Counted from the stretch's first letter, positions 1 through 10,038 are shown. The stretch: DNA of 64,000 bases from Candidatus Doudnabacteria bacterium (GCA_037200925.1 JBBCGO010000001.1:9552-73551), one strand, 5' to 3'. Made by a program: numbers and translations. Notes: a model not told the origin generated them from the letters alone.

Positions 1-236
1 AAGCCATTGTGGATGTTATCGTATTTTTGATCCTGCGACGATTGGTCGGCAAAGTAAAAAGCGGAGTTATCGGCTGGTCGTATTTATTGCTGTACTCCAT
101 TGGAAGATTTTTTATCGAAGGGATCCGGCTGGACAGTTTTTTTGTTTTGGGATTCCGGGTGGACCAGGTCATCGCCGCAATTTTGATCATCGTCTCGGGC
201 GCAATAATTTTCAGCAAGCAGTCAAAAACAGCTTAA
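1..236 (+). CDS. lgt: prolipoprotein diacylglyceryl transferase, C-terminal fragment (gene begins upstream of the window)
   Basis: Reading frame is open from the window edge. The C-terminal region (..YSIGRFFIEGIR..) plus a hydrophobic tail resembles the Lgt C-terminus. Confidence 0.45.
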   Translation, partial: AIVDVIVFLILRRLVGKVKSGVIGWSYLLLYSIGRFFIEGIRLDSFFVLGFRVDQVIAAILIIVSGAIIFSKQSKTA

Positions 237-283
237 AGAAATATATTGATTTATTGGAGCAATTTTGGTATTCTGGATAAGCT

Positions 284-991
284 ATGTTTACCAGAATCTC
301 ATCCATAACTTTAGCCGTTTTGCTTTTTTTGGTTCTGCTCGGCAGTCAGGGAAATCCGTATATTTACGCCACTTCGATCGTGGTTTTAATTTTTGCCGCA
401 TTCGCGATCAATTTCAAGCGGCTGAACTTCACTTGGCCGCACTTGCTGCTGCCGACAATTTATCTTCTGGGCGTAGGCCCGGTCTTCGCAGTTATCGGCG
501 ATGCGAACTTCCGCCTGATCTTTTTGATCATAGCCTGCCTGCTTTTTTATGTTTTAGAAATGAAGCTCGGCCGCGAAAGCCATTTTTTGCAGAATATTTA
601 TCTGATATCCGTATTTGCCGTTTATTTGGGATTATTTGCGGTGCAGTTCGAGTACAACCTGAATGTCTGGTGGATGATCCCCTTGGTATTCGGGTTGACA
701 TATATGCTGGCAGTCCAAGGCTTGGCCGGATTTTCTTTGCCCGCCAAACGCTATTTTTATGTACTGATCGCGATCGTCATTTCGGAAGCGGCTTGGGGCC
801 TGTTTTTCTGGCCGACCCATTTTTTCGTTGATAGCGTGGTCCTGTTCTGCATTTTTTACCTGCTCTGGCTGTTCTCGTTCTCGGCTTTTTTCGGCAAACT
901 TTCCCGCGCCAAGATTTATTGGCAATTAAGCCTGATAGCGTTCGTGCTCGCTGTCACGCTGGGCACGGCTGCGTGGCGGCCGTTACATTAA
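284..991 (+). CDS. hypothetical polytopic membrane protein
   Basis: 235-aa ORF whose translation is almost entirely hydrophobic helices. Overlapping ORFs in other frames look spurious. Confidence 0.5.
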   Translation: MFTRISSITLAVLLFLVLLGSQGNPYIYATSIVVLIFAAFAINFKRLNFTWPHLLLPTIYLLGVGPVFAVIGDANFRLIFLIIACLLFYVLEMKLGRESHFLQNIYLISVFAVYLGLFAVQFEYNLNVWWMIPLVFGLTYMLAVQGLAGFSLPAKRYFYVLIAIVISEAAWGLFFWPTHFFVDSVVLFCIFYLLWLFSFSAFFGKLSRAKIYWQLSLIAFVLAVTLGTAAWRPLH

Positions 992-992
992 T

Positions 993-1286
993 ATGAAGCA
1001 ACCAAAAATCGATTGGTCAAAATATACCCCGTTCCAGCAAAAAGTTTACCGCGCGATCATGAAAATCCCGCCCGGCAAAGTTTTGACGTATGGGCAGGTG
1101 GCGCGATTGATCGGCCAGCCGAAAGCTGCGAGGGCTGTGGGCAATGCCCTGGCTACAAACATGGATGCGCCTATCATTCCCTGCCACAGGGTGATCGGCA
1201 GTGACGGCAAGATGCACGGCTACTCCGCCCCCGGCGGCATTCACCGTAAAATTAAATTGCTCAAAAAAGAAGGTTATGATGCGTAA
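993..1286 (+). CDS. ogt: methylated-DNA--protein-cysteine methyltransferase family protein (active-site/DNA-binding domain only, 97 aa)
   Basis: The translation contains the PCHRV active-site motif and a helix-turn-helix region (LTYGQVARLIGQPKAARAVGNA) typical of the MGMT/Ogt C-terminal domain. Confidence 0.8.
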   Translation: MKQPKIDWSKYTPFQQKVYRAIMKIPPGKVLTYGQVARLIGQPKAARAVGNALATNMDAPIIPCHRVIGSDGKMHGYSAPGGIHRKIKLLKKEGYDA

Positions 1287-2025
1287 GCAGATCATATGGG
1301 TTATCATAATTGCTTTTTTTGTCGGCGCATTGGGCAGCATTGCGATCGGCCGGTTCGCGATCCCGTATCTGGCGACATTCAACGGCATGTCTTTTTTGAA
1401 CAAATTGTCCTCGAATTCCCAGCTTGTGATCAACCGGACGCAGGAGATCCAGCTCAATGAAGGGGCGAATCTTGTTGATCTGATCAAGCAGGCCGGGAAT
1501 ATCACTGTTTCAATTTATGACCAAAGTGATAATTTTTTGGGCAACGGAGTGATCGCAACTTCGGACGGAGTGATCTTTACCAGCGATTCAATCCTGCTGG
1601 GCCAGACCAAAGTCAAAGTTGTGACCAATGACGGCAAGAACTTTGACGGACTGGCGCGGGCCAAAGACCCGAAAAGCACGCTGGTCATCCTGACTATTAC
1701 GGCAAACGATCTGCCCGTGGTCCAGCTCGATGATGCGGCGAATATGGAAGCAGGGCAGAGGGTGATCTATGTCGGGAGATCAAACGCGCCTTTTCAGCAC
1801 CTGGCGGTTACGGGTTTTGTGACTCAGAAAATGTCCAATCTTGTTGATAAAGCCGAGCAAGTATCGACTGATGTAACGGTAAAACCGGATCTATACGGCG
1901 GACCGATCATCAATCTTTCCGGGCACGCGATCGGCATCACTTTGGGTGCCGGCGATAATATCATTTCAGAAAATCTGCGGACCGATCTCGGCGAGTATCT
2001 GGCAACAGGAAAATTAACCCCCTAA
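1276..2025 (+). CDS. HtrA/trypsin-like fold protein, probably a catalytically inactive pseudo-protease, membrane anchored
   Basis: N-terminal TM helix. The body aligns to the HtrA protease domain (..DGVIFTSDSIL.., ..LYGGPIINLSGHAIGIT..), but His, Asp and Ser of the triad all appear substituted (GNSGGP becomes DLYGGP). The ATG at 1276 overlaps the ogt stop. Confidence 0.55.
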   Translation: MMRKQIIWVIIIAFFVGALGSIAIGRFAIPYLATFNGMSFLNKLSSNSQLVINRTQEIQLNEGANLVDLIKQAGNITVSIYDQSDNFLGNGVIATSDGVIFTSDSILLGQTKVKVVTNDGKNFDGLARAKDPKSTLVILTITANDLPVVQLDDAANMEAGQRVIYVGRSNAPFQHLAVTGFVTQKMSNLVDKAEQVSTDVTVKPDLYGGPIINLSGHAIGITLGAGDNIISENLRTDLGEYLATGKLTP

Positions 2026-2027
2026 AT

Positions 2028-2435
2028 ATGGAAGATTGTATTTTCTGCAAAATAATCAATCGGCAAATCCCTTCCGATATTATTTATGAGGATGACCAGA
2101 CTTTGGCCATCTTGGATATCAGGCCTGTGAGCCGCGGCCATGCGTTGGTTATGCCGAAGAAACATACAGAGGATCTGTTGTCCGCTACAGGTGAAGATCT
2201 GGTCAATACGATCAAGGTCACTCAAAAAATAACCCGGGCTGTTAAAGATGCTACCGGAGCGATAGGCATGAATGTTTCTACAAACAATGGCGCTGCGGCA
2301 GGCCAGGTGATTTTTCATCTGCATTTTCATATTATTCCGAGATTTGGAAATGACAATTTAAGCCCTTGGCCGCACCAAGAAACCGAACCGAAAACGCGCG
2401 CGGAGCTGGCCGAGAAAATAAAGAAGTTATTATGA
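2028..2435 (+). CDS. HIT-family (Hint-like) nucleotide hydrolase
   Basis: Histidine triad motif HLHFHIIPR and an N-terminal CIFCKII motif. Confidence 0.85.
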   Translation: MEDCIFCKIINRQIPSDIIYEDDQTLAILDIRPVSRGHALVMPKKHTEDLLSATGEDLVNTIKVTQKITRAVKDATGAIGMNVSTNNGAAAGQVIFHLHFHIIPRFGNDNLSPWPHQETEPKTRAELAEKIKKLL

Positions 2436-3403
2436 AATATTTAGTCACAGGCGGGGCGGGATTCATCGGCTCTAACTTTATTCATTATTTGTTTGCCAAA
2501 TACCCTGATTGTGAAGTAGTGAACGTGGATAAATTGACCTATGCGGGGAATTTGGAAAACGTTAAAGAATTTGAAAACGATCCTCGCTATAAATTCGTAA
2601 AAGGCGATATTGGCGATCTTGAACTGATGAAGCAAACAATGCAGGGAGTTGACATTGTGGTCAATTTTGCGGCGGAATCACACAATGACAGGGCAATTTT
2701 GGATCCCGGAATATTTGTGAGTACCAATGTCTTGGGGACGCAAGTTCTTTTAGAAGCAGCTAAACAAGCGAATGTTCCGAGATTCCACCATATCTCAACA
2801 TGCGAAGTGTTTGGCGATATGGAGTTGGAAGAAAAAAGAGCATTTAAGGAAACCGATCCGTTCCTTCCCAAAACTCCTTATAATGCTTCGAAAGCCGGAG
2901 CAAACCATGTTGTGATGGCTTATTTTCATACTTTTAAAACTCCTGTGACCATCAGTCATTGTTCAAATAATTACGGCCCCTACCAGTTTCCTGAAAAGTT
3001 AATTCCTCTTTTTACAACCAATGCGTTGCAGGGAAAAAAACTGCCGTTGTTTAAAAGCAGCCAAAACAAAAGAGAGTGGCTCCACGTGGAAGATCATTGC
3101 AGGGCCATAGATCTGATATTGCAAAAGGGCAAACTCGGCCAGGCTTACAATATCGGCAGCGGGGTTGAAAAATCGGTGGAAGAAATAGCCGATTCGATCT
3201 TGCAGATTCTCGGAAAGGACAAAAGCCTGAAAACTTATGTTCCTGACCGCCTCCAGCACGATCTTCGTTATTTGCTTGACTGCTCCAAAATCAAGAACGA
3301 ACTGGGCTGGGAACCTGTCATAAATTTTGAAGAAGGCGTACAAGCAACAGTCGATTGGTATAAGCAAAACCCGGATTGGTGGCAGAAATTACTGGACAAA
3401 TAA
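2432..3403 (+). CDS. rfbB: dTDP-glucose 4,6-dehydratase
   Basis: N-terminal MKYLVTGGAGFIGSNF Rossmann motif and the YxxxK SDR region (YNASKAG). It overlaps the HIT stop by ATGA. Confidence 0.9.
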   Translation: MKYLVTGGAGFIGSNFIHYLFAKYPDCEVVNVDKLTYAGNLENVKEFENDPRYKFVKGDIGDLELMKQTMQGVDIVVNFAAESHNDRAILDPGIFVSTNVLGTQVLLEAAKQANVPRFHHISTCEVFGDMELEEKRAFKETDPFLPKTPYNASKAGANHVVMAYFHTFKTPVTISHCSNNYGPYQFPEKLIPLFTTNALQGKKLPLFKSSQNKREWLHVEDHCRAIDLILQKGKLGQAYNIGSGVEKSVEEIADSILQILGKDKSLKTYVPDRLQHDLRYLLDCSKIKNELGWEPVINFEEGVQATVDWYKQNPDWWQKLLDK

Positions 3404-3405
3404 TT

Positions 3406-3963
3406 ATGGCAACGACTGAATTCAAAATTTCTCAAACTGCGATCCCGGGCCTTTTCGAAATAGACATAACTTTGCTGGAAGATGAGCGGGGATATTTTCA
3501 GGAAAAATTCCAGAAAGAAAAACTGGTGGCTTTGGGATTTCCAAAAGATTTTATGCCGGTGCAGCAGAATATATCGTACAACCGGCAAGTTGGCGTAACC
3601 AGAGGATTCCACGCAGAGCCGTGGGAAAAATATTTAGAAGTCATCTCCGGAAGCGTATATGCTGTATTTTTGGATTTGCGCGAAGGGGATAATTTCGGCA
3701 AAAAACAGGCAATCGTGATAGATCAAAACAAGGCTGTTTTTGTGCCTTTAGGAGTTGCCAATTCCTTCCAGACCCTGGAAGCCGATACTTACTATTCTTA
3801 TCTGGTCAATGCGCATTGGTCATCGCAAAAAACCTCGGAATATAAATTTGTGAATTTAGGCGACCCGGACCTGGCGGTTGAGTGGCCGATCAGTCTTGCC
3901 AAGGCGATCATTTCCGACAAAGACCGCAATCATCCGATGTTGAAGGATATTAAGCCTTTTTAA
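3406..3963 (+). CDS. rfbC: dTDP-4-dehydrorhamnose 3,5-epimerase
   Basis: RmlC-like cupin sequence (TAIPGLFEIDITLLEDERGYFQE..). It lies immediately downstream of rfbB. Confidence 0.85.
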   Translation: MATTEFKISQTAIPGLFEIDITLLEDERGYFQEKFQKEKLVALGFPKDFMPVQQNISYNRQVGVTRGFHAEPWEKYLEVISGSVYAVFLDLREGDNFGKKQAIVIDQNKAVFVPLGVANSFQTLEADTYYSYLVNAHWSSQKTSEYKFVNLGDPDLAVEWPISLAKAIISDKDRNHPMLKDIKPF

Positions 3964-3966
3964 TTT

Positions 3967-4806
3967 ATGAAAGTATTGATCCTCGGAGCCAAAGGGAGTT
4001 TGGGGCAGACTTTTGCCGATGTTTATAAAGATCAGGAAGTGATCGCTTGGGATAAGAATGAACTTGATATCACCGACGAAGATGCAGTCGCTGAAAAAAT
4101 AACCGGACTAATGCCGGATATCGTCATTAATTGCGCGGCGTACAATTCGGTCGATAAAGCGGAAGACGAAAGAGAAACGGCTGATCTGATCAACGGGTAT
4201 GCAGTTGGATTTATTGCCAAAGCCTGTGATTCCGCCGGCGCAACTCTTGTTCATTATTCCACCGGACAAATATTCGACGGCAGCAAATCAGAGGGCTATA
4301 ATGAAGATGATCAGCCCGGTCCCGTTAATTTCTACGGCAAGTCTAAACTTTTGGGAGAGATGCAGCTGCAGGAGTACGCGGAAAATTTTTATCTGATACG
4401 GACCTGTTGGCTATATGGCCGGCCGGCCGAAGGAAAAAAAAGTTTTACCGATATAATGCTGGAATTGGCAACCGGGAACACCGTCATCAATGCGACCAAA
4501 GACGAATTCGGCAAACCGACTTATGTCAAAGACCTGGCCGAAGCTACCCGAGCGCTGGTTGATGAGAAAAAGCCTTTTGGAATTTATCATCTGACAAATT
4601 CTGGGATAGCCAGCAGGTTTGATTGGGCAAATGAGATTTTTACCATCAGAAAAAATAAAGCATTGCTTGAGGCGGTTAATGCCGGTTTTTTCCCAAGAAA
4701 AGCCAAGCGGCCCAAATATGAAGTTTTGAACAATACAAAATTCATCCAGCTGAGGCCTTGGACGGAGGCTTTGAAAGAATATTTAAGTTCTACCAATGAG
4801 AATTAA
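3967..4806 (+). CDS. rfbD: dTDP-4-dehydrorhamnose reductase
   Basis: MKVLILGAKGSLGQ Rossmann N-terminus with an RmlD-like body. It follows rfbC in the rml operon. Confidence 0.8.
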   Translation: MKVLILGAKGSLGQTFADVYKDQEVIAWDKNELDITDEDAVAEKITGLMPDIVINCAAYNSVDKAEDERETADLINGYAVGFIAKACDSAGATLVHYSTGQIFDGSKSEGYNEDDQPGPVNFYGKSKLLGEMQLQEYAENFYLIRTCWLYGRPAEGKKSFTDIMLELATGNTVINATKDEFGKPTYVKDLAEATRALVDEKKPFGIYHLTNSGIASRFDWANEIFTIRKNKALLEAVNAGFFPRKAKRPKYEVLNNTKFIQLRPWTEALKEYLSSTNEN

Positions 4807-5065
4807 ACCTTATTTAATACCACTAAGTTTGGGCATTGTACTTCTAACGTTTCTTTCTCCATTTTTTATACATTTACCTTTTGGAATTATTGAAGGGTTA
4901 GTAGTGTTAGGCATTATTTTATATCTCGCGGGTTTGGTTACCGAATTCGATCCAGATCCAACTATAAGCAAAAAATATAAAATATTCAGAATAATTCTGA
5001 TTATCTTTGGTCCAATTGCATTGATAATATTATTGTTATTTTTAATAAATGTAGGTGGTTTATGA
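4796..5065 (+). CDS. small hydrophobic membrane protein
   Basis: 89-aa ORF with two predicted TM helices, translationally coupled to neighbours on both sides. Confidence 0.35.
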   Translation: MRIKPYLIPLSLGIVLLTFLSPFFIHLPFGIIEGLVVLGIILYLAGLVTEFDPDPTISKKYKIFRIILIIFGPIALIILLLFLINVGGL

Positions 5066-5826
5066 AGGGAATTATTTTGGCAGGCGGCTTGGGGACGAGA
5101 TTATATCCGTTGACCCATGCTACTAATAAGCATTTGCTGCCGGTGTTCAACCAGCCCATGATCTATTATCCTATTCAGACGCTTTTGAAAGCGGGGATCA
5201 CGGATATCATGGTCGTGGTCGGCGGGCCGCATGCAGGCGATTTTATCAGGGTTCTGAAAAACGGCAAGGATTTCGGGATCAAACATCTGGAATTCGCTTA
5301 TCAGGATTCCGGAGACGCAGGCATTGCCGATGCTTTGAAGCTGGCGGAAAGTTTTGCGGACAACAATCCGGTAACGGTCATTCTTGGAGATAACTGCACT
5401 GATTTTAAGATCCGCGAACAGGTCAAACAATTTAAGGACGGAGCGCTGGTGTTTTTGAAAGAAGTGGAAGACCCGCACCGTTTCGGCATCGCCCAGCTGG
5501 ACAAGAAAGATCCCTCAAAAATTATCGGAATCGTGGAAAAGCCGAAAAAACCTAAAAGCAACCTGGCCGTAACCGGACTTTATATCTTTGACAGGAATGT
5601 CTTTAAGATGATTAAAAAGGTCAAACCTTCAGCACGCGGACAACTGGAAATTACGGACGTGAATAATCTTTATATCCAGGCCGGCAAAATGCAGTGGGCC
5701 AAACTGGACGGGTTCTGGTCTGATGCCGGCACGTTTGAAAGCTTGTACCGCACAAGCGTGTATTGGGCGCGCAAGGCTTTGGGAAAACGAAACGAGAAAA
5801 GTCTGATAAAATTTGACCGAATTTAA
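5062..5826 (+). CDS. rfbA: glucose-1-phosphate thymidylyltransferase-like sugar nucleotidyltransferase (short form)
   Basis: MKGIILAGGLGTRLYPLT..KHLLPV..MIYYP signature of RmlA-type nucleotidyltransferases. It sits in the rml cluster. Confidence 0.75.
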   Translation: MKGIILAGGLGTRLYPLTHATNKHLLPVFNQPMIYYPIQTLLKAGITDIMVVVGGPHAGDFIRVLKNGKDFGIKHLEFAYQDSGDAGIADALKLAESFADNNPVTVILGDNCTDFKIREQVKQFKDGALVFLKEVEDPHRFGIAQLDKKDPSKIIGIVEKPKKPKSNLAVTGLYIFDRNVFKMIKKVKPSARGQLEITDVNNLYIQAGKMQWAKLDGFWSDAGTFESLYRTSVYWARKALGKRNEKSLIKFDRI

Positions 5827-6741
5827 ATGCGACCGATCGTCAGCGAAAAAAATCACAAATATCTTTCCACATTTATTGTCAGCTTTGGCATGCTTTTGGG
5901 TTTTGAAGCGCTCAGCTACATCGTCGGGATCTATCAGCTAAATACCGGTCTGTTCGTGGCGTTCTATGTTTATGCCTTCCATATTTTCTGGCTGACATTT
6001 TTGTTTGACCTGCATCTGAAGAAACGCTCCGTACTGGCAGCAGCCGGATTGGACCACAAAGGCGCGCAGATGGTTTGGAATGCCTGCAAAGAACGTGTCA
6101 GACACGTCTTCCAATGGGAATATTTCCGGCATTATCAGAATTATTTGGTTCTGCCCGGCCTGCTTTACTGGGCCACGGTTATTTTGATCTTTCTCAATCC
6201 GTTCAACACTTTATTGAAACAATCGGTCATTTTTTCGGCAAGCATTGCGATGACCGTGGCATATTGGTTCATAAAAGAGCATTTCAGCAAGCGCTTGGAG
6301 GCCCAGTATCACTGGATCACGGTTCTGGCTTTGGTGAAATTGTTCACGGCGTTTCTGATCTACTCGGCCGTGATCGGCGTGACTTTTCATTACGGCTATG
6401 ACGTTGGTTTTTTGCTGCCGGCCGTGGTCACGATCACGTTCCTGCTCGTTTACCAGGCGCTGTTCCAGCATAATCTTCTGAGTTTCCCGATTTTTATCTG
6501 GATCGTGATCTTAGCGCTGGTTATGGGCATCGTTTCTGTTTGGGTTTACAATTATTGGAATACCGAATATTTCACAGCCGGACTGGTCATGGTTGCGGTT
6601 TACAATATGCTGTGGGGGATCCTGCATCATTATTTGGACAAGACTTTGACCCAGAAAGTCGTATTTGAATATTTAGCCATGATGATATTGATAATCTCGT
6701 TCCTGTTCGCCTCTCACAATTTCAACCAACGTGTGATATAG
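5827..6741 (+). CDS. hypothetical polytopic membrane protein
   Basis: 304-aa ORF, highly hydrophobic with about 9 TM segments. It directly follows rfbA. Confidence 0.45.
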   Translation: MRPIVSEKNHKYLSTFIVSFGMLLGFEALSYIVGIYQLNTGLFVAFYVYAFHIFWLTFLFDLHLKKRSVLAAAGLDHKGAQMVWNACKERVRHVFQWEYFRHYQNYLVLPGLLYWATVILIFLNPFNTLLKQSVIFSASIAMTVAYWFIKEHFSKRLEAQYHWITVLALVKLFTAFLIYSAVIGVTFHYGYDVGFLLPAVVTITFLLVYQALFQHNLLSFPIFIWIVILALVMGIVSVWVYNYWNTEYFTAGLVMVAVYNMLWGILHHYLDKTLTQKVVFEYLAMMILIISFLFASHNFNQRVI

Positions 6742-6762
6742 CGCTAGGCAAAGAAAAAGTTA

Positions 6763-8010
6763 TCAAAACCAATTGGCAAATAAAGTTACCACCGCGATCA
6801 GAAATAAGATCAAAATATGCGGGTTGGGATGGATCCCGGCCCGCTTTACTTTTGCGCGGCGAATAATAACAGCGTCTACGATCAGAAATCCCATATAAAT
6901 TAGCGCAAAGATCCCGAATACGATCCGTAAAATATTAATGATGCCTGCTTCGTTGGAAATCGGGATTGCAATTGCGGTAGTTGCCGCGCTTGCCGCTTGC
7001 GAGGACTGGATGTCAACCGGAAAATCCTGAGTGATCTTGGTTCCGGCGTTGTTGCGCGCTTCCACAGATATCGTTTGGTGAGATAGATCTTCAGTCGGAT
7101 CAAAAGTGAATGAGCCGATGAATTCTCCCTGCGATCTTCCGGCGATGAGCGTGATCGATTGGGTCTTCAGCCTGGCTGTGACCAGAGTCGGCGAACCCGC
7201 AATAACCACATCAATATTCACAAGCGTATGTCCTGAGAGGGAAGTGGAATTAATTTTTATATCTTTGGAAATTGCCAGGCTGGCAATCGGGGCAGGTGCC
7301 GGAGCCGGAACGGGTGTTGTCACCGGAGTGGTATAAGGCGTAGCGTACGGCGGCCGAGCTTTTGTCACCGGAGTGGTATAAGGTGAAGCATAGGCCGGCG
7401 GAGCAGGCGGGGCCGGTGTTTTATACAGCGCACCAAAAAGGCTGACGGCAATGATCGTATCATGATCCGGTTCAAAAGTGCCTGCGATAGTCGCCAGACC
7501 CTGGTCTTCAAATTTGGGATTAACGATATTTTCCCGATGGGTCGGACTGTTCATCCAGGCACTGACCATGTCAGACGCGGAAGTGAAATCCATTGCCAGA
7601 TTTTCGCCCAACGTCAGATAAGGAGTATAGCCTGCCGCCTCGATCCTCGGCCAAACGTAATTGCCGTCCGGATCGACGTGGGCAAAATAACTTCGGGTCA
7701 TCATATCCTGGGCTTTGCCGATCGCAGCGTTGATCAGTTTGCCGTTGGTAATTAAAGCCGGAATAAATCTTTGGGTCCGTTCGGCATTGATCCTGCTCAT
7801 CAGGTCGCTCGCATCAATGCTGGATGCTGCCAGCGAGAGGCTAGGCATTAAGAAACGCAGACCCCAAATGACCAGACAAAAAACCGCCAAGGCCGGGGTA
7901 GTTATGATCCAAGGCTTATAATCGTTATATTTGGAGGCAAGCAGATAATGTTTGAGTTTCATCGGTAAGGCGTATGATTTAAGTTTAAACCAGTAGTCCC
8001 TTCTTGGCAA
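6763..8010 (-). CDS. CAP/SCP (YkwD-like) domain protein with PYTTPVT Pro/Thr repeats and a C-terminal TM anchor
   Basis: CAP-domain motifs (..MNSPTHRENI.., ..FAHVDPDGN..), an N-terminal signal anchor, a Pro/Thr-rich linker and C-terminal hydrophobic helices. Confidence 0.65.
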   Translation of the reverse strand: MPRRDYWFKLKSYALPMKLKHYLLASKYNDYKPWIITTPALAVFCLVIWGLRFLMPSLSLAASSIDASDLMSRINAERTQRFIPALITNGKLINAAIGKAQDMMTRSYFAHVDPDGNYVWPRIEAAGYTPYLTLGENLAMDFTSASDMVSAWMNSPTHRENIVNPKFEDQGLATIAGTFEPDHDTIIAVSLFGALYKTPAPPAPPAYASPYTTPVTKARPPYATPYTTPVTTPVPAPAPAPIASLAISKDIKINSTSLSGHTLVNIDVVIAGSPTLVTARLKTQSITLIAGRSQGEFIGSFTFDPTEDLSHQTISVEARNNAGTKITQDFPVDIQSSQAASAATTAIAIPISNEAGIINILRIVFGIFALIYMGFLIVDAVIIRRAKVKRAGIHPNPHILILFLIAVVTLFANWF

Positions 8011-8055
8011 AAAGCCTGTTTTATTGGCCTATTTTGAGGTTATTGGAGCTAGGTA

Positions 8056-8084
8056 TTGACAATTTATCTGAATTATGCTAAACT
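8056..8084 (+). promoter_or_regulatory. sigma70-like promoter (TTGACA, 17 nt, TAAACT). The ATG at 8093 lies 8 nt after the -10 box, so the transcript is predicted leaderless
   Basis: Hexamers and spacing read directly from the sequence. There is no SD sequence. Confidence 0.5.
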
Positions 8085-8092
8085 AATACGTT

Positions 8093-9256
8093 ATGACAAA
8101 TCAATATATATCCGAAATCCATAGCTTGCTGAAGCTGGGTGACCCCAACGTCTCCCCGGCTATTAATGGCGCCCCGGAAGGTTTGCCCATTGCAGGCGAA
8201 AATAAAGCCGATTCTCATACCCCTGCCGTCAATGTGCGCGAACATGAGCAGATCTTGCACTCTAACGCAGATACGGCAAAGTTAAACAATAACTTCGTCA
8301 TAAAGATGAACAAAAGCAACCCGACGGTTGCCCATGTAAAAAGCTTCCTGATCTATCCTATGATCTTTATAATCGCATTTGGTTTCTTTTACATTGTGCT
8401 GAACTTTGCATCAGTCAGCGCACAGGTCCAGGGTATGTTCGCAAAACCGCAAGCCCAGCAGATCCTCGGCGATCAGCTGCCGGCTTACGACTCATGGATC
8501 AACGGATACTTTTACTCAGTGTCCGATGCAACCCTCTTAGATCCGAATTCTGATATCGACAAGGACGGACTGTCCAACATGGATGAATTTATCATGCGCA
8601 CCAACCCGACGGTCGCTGATTCTGACGGCGACGGATATCCTGATGGAATGGAAGTTATCAATTATAAAAATCCGTGGGGAACCGGCAATATGACTGTTTC
8701 GCAGAAACAGCTGGCTGACACATTGGATATGAACCTGATCAATAACCGTATCAGCTATAACGCGGCGCCGATCAATCCGGGCCTGGTTGCAGCTGCCAGT
8801 ACAACCGACTATGACTTAAGCAAACCCGGCACTCTGTCTATCCCGAGACTGAACCTGACCGTGCCTTTGATCTGGTCCAAGGACCCGTCTGAATTTGAAA
8901 CAGATTTGACTAAAGGCGTTATCCACTATCCCGGCACAGCGTTTCCCGGCCAGCAAGGCACTATCTATGTCTCAGGGCATTCTTCAGACTATATATGGAA
9001 GCATGATGCGATGCAAAGCATCTTTGCCAAGATCAATTTCCTAAAGCCCGGCGATGACATTTTTATCGACGTTTACGGAGTTGACGGCAAAGTCCACAAT
9101 TTCCGCTATCAGGTTACCGGCAATCATGTTTATAAACCGGATGACCAGACCCAGTTCATCGACAACTCCAGCAACAAGCTGAATCTTTCAACTTGCTGGC
9201 CGATCGGCACATCCACTAACCGCATCGTAGTTTCCGCAGTTCAGGTTGGACTTTAA
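8093..9256 (+). CDS. sortase-family transpeptidase, membrane anchored
   Basis: An N-terminal region and a TM helix precede the sortase fold. The fold carries catalytic His (IYVSGHSS), Cys (LNLSTCWP, TLxTC-type) and Arg (TNRIVVSA). Confidence 0.75.
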   Translation: MTNQYISEIHSLLKLGDPNVSPAINGAPEGLPIAGENKADSHTPAVNVREHEQILHSNADTAKLNNNFVIKMNKSNPTVAHVKSFLIYPMIFIIAFGFFYIVLNFASVSAQVQGMFAKPQAQQILGDQLPAYDSWINGYFYSVSDATLLDPNSDIDKDGLSNMDEFIMRTNPTVADSDGDGYPDGMEVINYKNPWGTGNMTVSQKQLADTLDMNLINNRISYNAAPINPGLVAAASTTDYDLSKPGTLSIPRLNLTVPLIWSKDPSEFETDLTKGVIHYPGTAFPGQQGTIYVSGHSSDYIWKHDAMQSIFAKINFLKPGDDIFIDVYGVDGKVHNFRYQVTGNHVYKPDDQTQFIDNSSNKLNLSTCWPIGTSTNRIVVSAVQVGL

Positions 9257-9388
9257 TAATTTGGCCGGGCGGAAGACTTTAGTTTTTCAAATTGGAAGAT
9301 TAGAGCTTTCCGCTCGGTTACGACAAACAAAAAGGCCAGGCTCCCCAGTAAGGAGACCTGTCCAACGATCTTTCAGGAGGAATGAGAA

Positions 9389-9970
9389 ATGCAGAAGTGG
9401 ACGATAGTACTCAGTTTGGCTTGCTTTGTTTCCGCCGGGTGCCACAAAGGCAATCCGATGGAACCAACGCCGACTACGACAACGCCCAATGGCGCGATCC
9501 CGGTCGCTCAGGCGGCGAAGGTCCAGATTCAGCTGAACCAAGCTGTGGACCGGACCGTCAACGCCATCTCGATGACGCTCAAGGGCGTTTCCGGCTCGGA
9601 CGAACTCATCAACGGCTTGCCGTTGAGCGAGCCGCTCACGGCGACCGACCGCTGGTCAGGCGCCCTGATCCACGTGCTGTCCTACAACGCCGTGGTCAAC
9701 GGCAAAGTCGGCTGGTCGGGAAATACGAACATTCCGTTCACGCCGCCGAGCCATGATCACTTCCAGTTCGACAGCATTCCGACCAACGGAACGCTAGATA
9801 TCGCGATCGAGATGATCCCGGGCAACCAGCCTGTGGGTGGGCCGTTCCACCTCATCAAAGTTGACCCTTCTGCTTCGAATGTGGAGATCACGTCCCCTCT
9901 GGGCGCAAGATACACGTTCGAGAAGGACTCTTCGGGATTGGTCCATATCAAAGGGCCGCGTCCCTACTAG
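9389..9970 (+). CDS. lipoprotein of unknown function (in GC-rich island)
   Basis: Signal peptide with lipobox (LSLACFVSAGC), an AGGAGG RBS 6 nt upstream, and about 60% GC against about 45% in flanking genes. Confidence 0.55.
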   Translation: MQKWTIVLSLACFVSAGCHKGNPMEPTPTTTTPNGAIPVAQAAKVQIQLNQAVDRTVNAISMTLKGVSGSDELINGLPLSEPLTATDRWSGALIHVLSYNAVVNGKVGWSGNTNIPFTPPSHDHFQFDSIPTNGTLDIAIEMIPGNQPVGGPFHLIKVDPSASNVEITSPLGARYTFEKDSSGLVHIKGPRPY

Positions 9971-9977
9971 TTTCTAA

Positions 9978-10008
9978 CTTGGGCTTGCTCTTCTCGAGCA
10001 AGCCCAAG
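9978..10008 (+). terminator. perfect 13-bp stem-loop (CTTGGGCTTGCTC/GAGCAAGCCCAAG) with no U-tract, after the island lipoprotein gene
   Basis: Inverted repeat read directly. It is followed by CCCCCTTTCCCC rather than a T-run. Confidence 0.45.
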
Positions 10009-10038
10009 CCCCCTTTCCCCAATTCTGCAAGGTAGCTC

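Noticed and set aside
265-925. Overlapping ORFs 265..831 (+) and 632..925 (-) on top of the 284..991 membrane-protein gene
   Set aside because: Their translations are Arg/Cys-rich and low-complexity, with no motifs. The hydrophobic 284..991 frame is the coherent one.
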